A model generated the notes under the pieces. That model saw only the letters and a program-made list of their open reading frames with translations. It was not told the DNA's origin and did no database searches. From Myxococcota bacterium (GTDB lineage Bacteria > Myxococcota_A > UBA9160 > UBA4427), in assembly GCA_965250285.1 (NCBI GenBank), contig OZ252299.1:5248001-5312000 (forward strand): a stretch of 64,000 nt of DNA, in the 5' to 3' direction. Positions 57,069 through 64,000 of this stretch are shown here, in pieces (the first letter of the stretch is position 1; each line of letters opens with the position of its first letter). The translations under genes were made by a program, and so were the position numbers.

Positions 57069-57746
57069 GTGGCAGCAAGAAGTCGTCGAGGTGGAGGGCG
57101 CGCGGGCGCCAAGAAGGCGCCGGCCAAGCGCAAGAGTCGGGTCGTCGAGGCGCGGCGCGAGCTCTACCGCCAGCTGATCATCGAGGGGGCCGAGCGCGCC
57201 TTCGCCGAGCGGGGCTACGACGACACGAAGATGGAGCACATCGCCAGCGAGTCGGGTCTTTCGATGGGCACCGTCTACAGCGTGTTTCCGGGCAAGGCGA
57301 AGATCTTCTCGGCGGTGCACGAGGCCGCCGATGCCGAGCTGCTGCGGCGCGGACTCGAGTGCTTCGACGAAGACGAGCCGCCGCTCGAGCGTCTGCTGGC
57401 CGGCGTGCGGGCGACGGTCGAGTACTTCATCGAGCACCCCGACTTTCTGCGCATGGAACTCAATGAAGGCCTCGCGTGGAGCGCCGAGACCGCGGCGCGC
57501 GGCGGAAGCCGCAGCCGCGCGCGCCGACGGGGTCTCGAGCTGATGAAACGCTCGGTCGCCAACTGTGTGGAGGCGGGCTCGTTCATCGCCGCCGAGCCCG
57601 AGCTGGTCGCGCGAATGATGATCGCGGTGTACCAGGTGCAGCTCGCCTACTGGCTCGAGGGTGGCATGAAGCGACCCGCCGCCGACGTGCTCGAAGACGT
57701 GACCGAGCAGGTGAAGCGCTCGTTCTGCGCGCCGGGCGTCTCATGA
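57069..57746 (+). CDS. TetR/AcrR-family regulator
   Basis: AERAFAERGYDDTKMEHIA.ESGLSMGTVYSVFPGK HTH; GGAGG RBS before GTG 57069. Confidence 0.9.
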   Translation: MAARSRRGGGRAGAKKAPAKRKSRVVEARRELYRQLIIEGAERAFAERGYDDTKMEHIASESGLSMGTVYSVFPGKAKIFSAVHEAADAELLRRGLECFDEDEPPLERLLAGVRATVEYFIEHPDFLRMELNEGLAWSAETAARGGSRSRARRRGLELMKRSVANCVEAGSFIAAEPELVARMMIAVYQVQLAYWLEGGMKRPAADVLEDVTEQVKRSFCAPGVS

Positions 57747-59203
57747 ACAGCGCCGACTTTCGTCCACTCGCGCGACGCGAAGTCGAACGCTGGGACGCCG
57801 AGCACGACGTCGTCGTCGTCGGCGAGGGCATCGCGGGCGGTGCGGCGGCGATCGAAGCGGCACGGGCGGGCGCCGATACCGTCGTGCTCGAGCGCATGAC
57901 GCGGGGAGGTGGGGCGACCTCGCTCTCGACGGGCATCACCTACTTCGGTGGTGGAACCGAGATCCAGAAGGCCTGCGGCTTCGAGGACAGCGTCGAAGAC
58001 ATGAAGGCCTTCGTCGAGCTCGCCGCGGGCGCCCAGGCCGACCCCGAGCGCGTGCGCCTCTACTGCGAAGGGAGCCTCGAGCACTTCGACTGGTTCCGCG
58101 CGCTCGGCGTCGAGTTCAAGCCCACGTTCATCGAAGAGAAGACGACGCATCCGTTCACCGACGACTGCCTGACGTTCAGCGGCAACGAGGAGGCGTGGCC
58201 TCACAACGCACAGACCCGCCCCGTGCCGCGCGGCCACAAGCCCGCACGAGAAGGGGAGGCCGGCGGTCTCTTGATGGAGGCCGTGCTCGCGGGCGTGCGG
58301 GAGGCCGGTGCCCGCGTCGTGAACGAGTGCCGAGTCGAGCGGCTGGTCGTCGACGACGGCGGACGCATCGTGGGCGTCGCCGGTCGCCGCGAGGGCACGC
58401 CCTTCTTCGTGGGCGCGCGCCGGGGCGTGGTGCTCGCGACGGGAGGGTTCGTCTTCAACGACGAGATGCTCGCGAAGCACGCGCCGCAGCTGCTTCAGTG
58501 CAACTACAAGGTCGGCACCGAGGGTGACGATGGCTCGGGGATCAACATGGGCGCGGCGGCCGGGGGCGAGACGGTCAACATGGCCGAGGGCCTCGTTCTC
58601 AACGCGTACTACCCACCCGCTTCGCACCTGAAGGGTGTGCTCGTCGATGCGAACGGCCAACGATTCGTCAACGAAGACTCGTATCTCGGTCGCACCAGTG
58701 ATGCGATCGTCACCCGCGCCGAGGGCCGCGCGTGGCTGATCGTCGACGACGAGATCCACGGTCAAACCCAGGCGATGCACCGCATCGCAGCCGTCGAAGA
58801 GAGCTGGGAGGCCCTCGAGCGAGCGCTCGAGCTGCCCGAGGGTGCGCTCGTGCAGACCATGCACGGGTACAACGCGCACGCGGCGACGGGCCGCGACCCG
58901 CTCTTTCACAAGGCGCCGAGATACCTGAAGCCGCTCGTCGACCCGCCCTTCGGCGCGCTCGACTGCAGCACGAGCGGCTCGATCTTCGGCGTGTTCACCC
59001 TGGGTGGGCTCTCGGTGGCGGCGACGGGCGAGGTGCTCGACCACGCCGGCCGCGCCGTGCCGGGTCTGTTCGCAGCGGGCCGCTGTACGGCCGGTCTCTG
59101 CCGCGAGGGGCGCAACTACGCGAGCGGTCTGTCGATCGGCGACGGCAGCTTCTTTGGCCGACTCGCGGGGCGCTCCGCGGCTCGAATGGAGCCCTGCCCG
59201 TGA
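57743..59203 (+). CDS. FAD-dependent oxidoreductase, 3-ketosteroid Delta4(5alpha)-dehydrogenase-like
   Basis: DVVVVGEGIAG, GGGTEIQKACGFEDS, ARRGVVLATGGF, NEDSYLGR, FTLGGL and YASGLSIGDGSFFGR; ATGA overlap. Confidence 0.75.
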   Translation: MNSADFRPLARREVERWDAEHDVVVVGEGIAGGAAAIEAARAGADTVVLERMTRGGGATSLSTGITYFGGGTEIQKACGFEDSVEDMKAFVELAAGAQADPERVRLYCEGSLEHFDWFRALGVEFKPTFIEEKTTHPFTDDCLTFSGNEEAWPHNAQTRPVPRGHKPAREGEAGGLLMEAVLAGVREAGARVVNECRVERLVVDDGGRIVGVAGRREGTPFFVGARRGVVLATGGFVFNDEMLAKHAPQLLQCNYKVGTEGDDGSGINMGAAAGGETVNMAEGLVLNAYYPPASHLKGVLVDANGQRFVNEDSYLGRTSDAIVTRAEGRAWLIVDDEIHGQTQAMHRIAAVEESWEALERALELPEGALVQTMHGYNAHAATGRDPLFHKAPRYLKPLVDPPFGALDCSTSGSIFGVFTLGGLSVAATGEVLDHAGRAVPGLFAAGRCTAGLCREGRNYASGLSIGDGSFFGRLAGRSAARMEPCP

Positions 59204-61245
59204 GCGGGTACACCCGTCTGCTCTCGCCCGCTCGCATCGGCTCGATGGCGCTGCGCAACCGCGTCGTGATGTCGCCGATGGAGACCTGCTACGCGACGCG
59301 TGACGGACAACCGTCCGATCGGAGCATCGCGTACTTCGAAGAGCGCGCCCGGGGCGGTGTCGGGCTGATCACGCTGGGCGCCTGCACGGTCGATGCCGCA
59401 CATCGAGAGGTGCCGAACTCGATCGACTTCGGTCGCGACGAGGTGATCGAGGCGCATCGCGCACTGACCGAGCGGGTGCACGCACACGGCGCGAAGATCC
59501 AGCCCCAGCTCGTGCACCCGGGGCCGGACGGGCTCGCGCCCTACCTCTCGAACACGCCGAACGTCGGCCCTTCGGTGATCCCGTCGTACCTCACCGGCAT
59601 TCCGTCGCGTGAGCTCGATGCCGACGAGATCCCGGCCATCGTCGATACGTACGCAAAGGCCGCGCTACGTGTGCGCGAGGCGGGCTACGACGGCATCGAG
59701 CTGCACGCGGCCCATGGCTACATGTTGCTGGGCTCGTTCCTCACGCCGACGCGCAATCGCCGGTCCGACGCCTACACCGGCCAGACGGCCGAGGGCCGCA
59801 CGCGGCTGATCATCGAGGTGCTGCACGCGTTGGCCGGTGCGGTCGGGCGCGACTTTCCGATCACGCTCCGCATCTCGGGCTACGAACGGGTGCCCGGTGG
59901 CCGGGGCATCGCCGACACCCAGGCCATCGCCCCGTCGCTCGTCGAGGCCGGGGTCGATGCGTTTCATGTGAGCGGCGGCGTGATCGACCCCCTGACGAGC
60001 CAGATGGTGACGGGCTCGCACTATGCACCGGCGCACAATGTGGGTGCGGCAGAGGCGGTCAAGCAGGTCGTCGACGTGCCCGTGATCGCGGTCGGGCGCA
60101 TCCACGATCCCGATCTCGCCGAACGGATCCTCACCGAGGGCCGTGCGGATCTGATCGCCATGGCGCGTCCGCTGCTCGCCGACGCCGAGATCGTCACCAA
60201 GCTCGAGTCTGGGCGCGCCCGCGAGATTCGCCGCTGCATCTCTTGCCAGAACTGCATCGAGTCGATGGAGACCGGCCGCATGAGCTGCGCCGTCAACGCG
60301 CGCACGGGTCGCGAGGCCGAGATCTCGCTCGAACCGGTGAGCGAATCGAAGCGGGTGATCGTCGTCGGCGGCGGTCCCGGCGGCCTCGAAGCGGCTCGTG
60401 TCGCGGCGCGCCGTGGGCATCGCGTCTCGCTCTTCGAGCGCGGCGCCGCCCTCGGCGGCTCGCTCGTGATGGCCTCGACGGTGCACCCCGACAACACACC
60501 GCTGCTCGACTTCCTGTGTGCCGACGTCGCACGGGCGGGTGTCGAGGTGCACCTCGAAGAGCACCTCGATGCGGCCTCGGTGGCGCGCCTCGCGCCCGAC
60601 GCCGTCATCGTGGCCACCGGCGGCCAGGTGGTCGCCGCGCGGATCGAGGGGGCCGACGCCGATCACGTCTGGACCGGCCCGTTGCTGCGCGAGCTGATCG
60701 CGGGGCGCGTCTCCGATGCGGCCGCGAAGAAGCTGCCCGGGTGGCAACGTGCCGGGCTCGCGCTGCTCGGGGCGCGGCTGCAGCGTTGGATGACCCCCGC
60801 CCGGTGGCGCGCCCTCGCCCGGTGGTGGCTGCCGCTCGGTCACCGCGTCGTGATCGTGGGGGGCGATCTCGCCGCGACCGAGCTCGCCGAGTGGCTGGCC
60901 GAGCTCGGGCGTCGCGTGAGCGTGATCGAAGCCGGTTCAGACATCGCGCACGAGGTCGGGCTCAAGCGCCGGACCGAGCACATGGAGCGGCTCGACAGAC
61001 TCGGCGTGACGGTGCACACGCAGACCCACGTCGCACGGATCGAGCGCGGCGTGGTTCGGCTCGAGGGCGGCGCGCAGATTGAAGCCGACTCGGTGATCGT
61101 GGCGGGCGAGCCCGCACCCGACACCACGCTCTTCGACGCGCTCAAGGGCAGCGCCCCCGACGTCATCGCCGTCGGTGACTGCACCGGTCTCGGCTTGATC
61201 CGCAAGGCCATCGAAGAGGGCGCCCGCGCGGGCGCGTCGATCTAA
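59200..61245 (+). CDS. NADH:flavin oxidoreductase (OYE barrel + Fe-S + FAD domains; FadH/BaiCD-like ene-reductase)
   Basis: LRNRVVMSPM, IELHAAHGY, CISCQNC...C and VIVVGGGPGGLEAA; GTGA overlap. Confidence 0.88.
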   Translation: MSGYTRLLSPARIGSMALRNRVVMSPMETCYATRDGQPSDRSIAYFEERARGGVGLITLGACTVDAAHREVPNSIDFGRDEVIEAHRALTERVHAHGAKIQPQLVHPGPDGLAPYLSNTPNVGPSVIPSYLTGIPSRELDADEIPAIVDTYAKAALRVREAGYDGIELHAAHGYMLLGSFLTPTRNRRSDAYTGQTAEGRTRLIIEVLHALAGAVGRDFPITLRISGYERVPGGRGIADTQAIAPSLVEAGVDAFHVSGGVIDPLTSQMVTGSHYAPAHNVGAAEAVKQVVDVPVIAVGRIHDPDLAERILTEGRADLIAMARPLLADAEIVTKLESGRAREIRRCISCQNCIESMETGRMSCAVNARTGREAEISLEPVSESKRVIVVGGGPGGLEAARVAARRGHRVSLFERGAALGGSLVMASTVHPDNTPLLDFLCADVARAGVEVHLEEHLDAASVARLAPDAVIVATGGQVVAARIEGADADHVWTGPLLRELIAGRVSDAAAKKLPGWQRAGLALLGARLQRWMTPARWRALARWWLPLGHRVVIVGGDLAATELAEWLAELGRRVSVIEAGSDIAHEVGLKRRTEHMERLDRLGVTVHTQTHVARIERGVVRLEGGAQIEADSVIVAGEPAPDTTLFDALKGSAPDVIAVGDCTGLGLIRKAIEEGARAGASI

Positions 61246-61267
61246 CCGAATCAATCGGAGACATCGC

Positions 61268-61720
61268 GTGATCTACTACGAAGACTACGAGATCGGCGCG
61301 AAGCGTCGGATGGGCTCGGTCACGCTCTCGAAGGAGGAGATCGTCGACTTCGCGCGCAAGTTCGATCCACAGCCGTTTCACATCGACGAGGCGGCAGCCG
61401 AGGCCTCGATCTTCGGTGGACTGACCGCGTCGTCGTGCCACACGTTCGCGCTGACCGGTCTGATCAATGCGCAGAACATCGAGAAGTCGGCGGTGGTCGC
61501 GAACCTGGGTGCCGATTCGCTGAGATTTCCCGAGCCGGTGCGACCCGGCGACACGCTGACGCTCACGAGCGAGTGCACTGAGAAGCGCGTCTCGAAGTCG
61601 CGCCCTTCGATCGGCATCGTCGCGTGCCGGACGTGCCTCGAGAACCAACAGGGCGTGATCGTGATGGACGTGATGATGCGCTTCATGGTGCAGCTGCGCG
61701 CAGGGGCCGAAGCCGGGTAG
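61268..61720 (+). CDS. MaoC-family dehydratase
   Basis: FARKFDPQPFHIDE, FGGLTAS and LRFPEPVRPGDTL. Confidence 0.88.
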   Translation: MIYYEDYEIGAKRRMGSVTLSKEEIVDFARKFDPQPFHIDEAAAEASIFGGLTASSCHTFALTGLINAQNIEKSAVVANLGADSLRFPEPVRPGDTLTLTSECTEKRVSKSRPSIGIVACRTCLENQQGVIVMDVMMRFMVQLRAGAEAG

Positions 61721-61721
61721 C

Positions 61722-62594
61722 TCAGTCGGGGTCGACTGGCGCGTCGCGTTGGGCGCGTTCGCGCGCGGTGGCCACCATCTCCTTCGTGACCGGATCTTGC
61801 GCTCGGACCCCTCGCCGCAGCATCGATGGCCAGAGCGCGCGCAGCAGCCGCGCCGCCACGAGGGCCGGGTTGCGCCGCGGGATCGTGACTTCACGCTTGC
61901 CCTTTTCGATGACGTCGAGCACGCCCTCGGCAACCGCCTCGGGCGGATAGAGCCGGCCCGAGTAGTGCCCGGGCTGGTCGAGCTTCGACCAGATCTCGGT
62001 GTCGATCGGCCCCGGGTGGACCAGGCCGACGTGAATGTCGGTCTCGTGCAGATCGTTCCAGAGCCCCTCTGTGAACGCGTTCATCGCGGCCTTCGACGCG
62101 GCGTAGACCGACTCGTGGGTCGGGACGACCTTCGCAGCGATCGATGAGACATTCACGATCGTGCCCCCGCCCTGGCGCAGGAAGATCGGAATCGCGCGCA
62201 GCGTGATCGTGGCCATCGACGTGAAGTTCACCGCGATGGCGCGGTCGACGTCGCCGGGCGTCGTCTCGAAGATCTGTTTGTGCATGGGGATGGCTGCGTT
62301 GTTCACGACCACGTCGAGGCGGCCGCCTTCCTCGACGACCATCTCGGGGAGCGATGCGGCGAAGGCCGGGTCGGCGAGGTCGCCCGGCAGCACGCAGACG
62401 TCGGCGTTGAAGGTGCGCCCCTCCTCGGCGAGAGCTTCGAGCCGGTCTTCGCGTCGCGCGGTGACGGCGACGCGGTAGCCGCGGTGTGCCAGCCGAAGCG
62501 CGGTGGCGCGACCGATCCCCGACGAAGCGCCCGTCACGAGCGCGACCGGCGCCGGCTCTCCATCGTGGGTTGCATAGATGGGCGCATCGCTCAT
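61722..62594 (-). CDS. Short-chain dehydrogenase/reductase
   Basis: TGASSGIG, NNAA, NVSS, YAASK and PGPIDT. Confidence 0.9.
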   Translation of the reverse strand: MSDAPIYATHDGEPAPVALVTGASSGIGRATALRLAHRGYRVAVTARREDRLEALAEEGRTFNADVCVLPGDLADPAFAASLPEMVVEEGGRLDVVVNNAAIPMHKQIFETTPGDVDRAIAVNFTSMATITLRAIPIFLRQGGGTIVNVSSIAAKVVPTHESVYAASKAAMNAFTEGLWNDLHETDIHVGLVHPGPIDTEIWSKLDQPGHYSGRLYPPEAVAEGVLDVIEKGKREVTIPRRNPALVAARLLRALWPSMLRRGVRAQDPVTKEMVATARERAQRDAPVDPD

Positions 62595-62748
62595 GGCTCA
62601 AGGGCTCCCGGTGGCAGAGCCATGATACATTGCGGTGCACCCGCCGATCTCGTGTGATGCGCCGCGCGGGGCGTGGTGCGGGCGCGGTGCGGGCGTGGTG
62701 AGCGCGGCCAGCGCGAGTGTGATGTGCGCGTGACGCGCGAGACAGAGG

Positions 62749-63843
62749 ATGCCGTCGACGATGACCCAGCGCCGTCCCTTGCGTCGCGATGCCGAGACCG
62801 GTCGCGTCGAGATCCTCGATCAGACCCGACTGCCCCACGAGGTCGTGTGGGTCGAGCTCGGAGATCTGGCTTCGGCCGCCGAGGCGATCCGTTCGATGCA
62901 GGTTCGGGGCGCACCGTTGATCGGTGCGGTCGCCGCTTACGGGATCGCGCTGGCCCTCGATGCCGACGCGAGCGACGCAGCGCTGGCCGAGGCGACGGCG
63001 ACCTTGCAGGCGACGCGCCCGACCGCCGTCAATCTCGCCTGGGCGCTCGATCAGGCGAACCAGGCGGTGGCCGACGTGGCGCCCGATGCGCGCGCCGGCG
63101 TCGCGTACGCGCTCGCCGATCGGATCTGCGATGACGAGGGTGCGCGCTGCGCAGCGATCGGGCGGCATGGCGTCGAGCTGATTCGAAAGGTGGCCGAGAG
63201 CCGATCGGCGGGGCCGGTGCACGTGCTGACCCATTGCAACGCGGGCATGCTCGCGACGTTCGACTACGGCACGGCGCTGGCCCCGATCTACATGGCCTTC
63301 GAGGAAGGCATCGACGTTCATGTCTGGGTCGACGAGACGCGGCCGCTCGATCAGGGCAGTCGACTCACGGCGTGGGAGCTGGCCGACGCGGGCGTTGCGC
63401 ACACGGTCATCGTCGACAACGCGGGCGGGCACCTGATGCAGCACGGACAGGTCGATCTGTGCATCGTCGGCAGCGATCGCACCACGGCCCACGGCGACGT
63501 CTGCAACAAGGTCGGCACCTACCTGAAGGCGCTGGCCGCGTTCGACAACGGCGTGCCCTTCTATGCCGCACTCCCGACGAGCACGATCGACTGGTCGATG
63601 AAGGACGGGGTCGCCGAGATCCCGATCGAGGAGCGCGCACCCGACGAGGTGCGCGACAGCGTCGGCGTCGACGAGGCCGGCGAGCTGCATCGGGTTCGGC
63701 GCTTCGCTGCATCGACGCCGGTCGCGAACTACGCGTTCGACGTGACGCCGGCGCGGCTGGTGACGGGGTTGATTACCGAGCACGGGGTTGTGGGGGCTTC
63801 GGCCGCGGGGGTGCGGGGGTTGCGGGAGCGGGGGCTTAGCTAG
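62749..63843 (+). CDS. mtnA: S-methyl-5-thioribose-1-phosphate isomerase
   Basis: ILDQTRLP, MQVRGAPLIG, TRPTAVNL, LTHCNAG, DETRP, NKVGTY and AFDVTP; start 62749 or 62761. Confidence 0.93.
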   Translation: MPSTMTQRRPLRRDAETGRVEILDQTRLPHEVVWVELGDLASAAEAIRSMQVRGAPLIGAVAAYGIALALDADASDAALAEATATLQATRPTAVNLAWALDQANQAVADVAPDARAGVAYALADRICDDEGARCAAIGRHGVELIRKVAESRSAGPVHVLTHCNAGMLATFDYGTALAPIYMAFEEGIDVHVWVDETRPLDQGSRLTAWELADAGVAHTVIVDNAGGHLMQHGQVDLCIVGSDRTTAHGDVCNKVGTYLKALAAFDNGVPFYAALPTSTIDWSMKDGVAEIPIEERAPDEVRDSVGVDEAGELHRVRRFAASTPVANYAFDVTPARLVTGLITEHGVVGASAAGVRGLRERGLS

Positions 63844-63848
63844 GCCGG

Positions 63849-63980
63849 GTCGCATTTCGGGGGCGTCGTCCTCAGACTGCGGCGTGCCGTTTTTCTTGGG
63901 GCGGGCGGTCTTGCTTGTGCCGTTGGGGGTGGGTCGGGCTGGCACGCCTTCGATTGCGGGCGCCGCCCCCGAAATGCGAC
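63849..63980 (+). repeat. Structured hairpin repeat family A, copy 7
   Basis: GTCGCATTTCGGGGGCGTCG-TCCTCAGA ... TTCGATTGCGGG-CGCCGCCCCCGAAATGCGAC. Confidence 0.9.
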
Positions 63981-64000
63981 GACGGGCGGCCGAGCGGCTT

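Overview
A very GC-rich (about 70% by eye), gene-dense bacterial window with about 56 CDS and no rRNA, convincing tRNA, CRISPR array or transposase. The Myxococcus-type pilin and a CarF/TMEM189 desaturase suggest a Myxococcota-like organism (inference). Housekeeping genes include argS, class I lysS, ppk1, gmhA, serB and mtnA. Also present are a mobA plus two-subunit NAD-linked formate dehydrogenase operon, a TatT-type TRAP transporter and many lipid-metabolism genes. Three things stand out. (1) A TetR-controlled divergent cluster (54.5-62.6 kb) encodes a CYP51 sterol 14-demethylase fused to a ferredoxin, an F420-type LLM oxidoreductase, a 3-ketosteroid Delta4(5alpha)-dehydrogenase-like flavoprotein, an Fe-S flavin ene-reductase, a MaoC dehydratase and an SDR; this is a candidate steroid-remodelling or catabolic pathway. 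(2) Seven copies of a 132-136 bp structured hairpin repeat have covarying arms, and each sits in an orientation-dependent C-depleted, G/T-rich halo that shifts synonymous codons in neighbouring gene ends. (3) An NhaR-type LysR module links a degenerate-ATPase ABC/HlyD/TolC exporter and two HPF/RaiA-like small genes through a shared upstream box. All family assignments come from motif recognition and memory; no searches were run.
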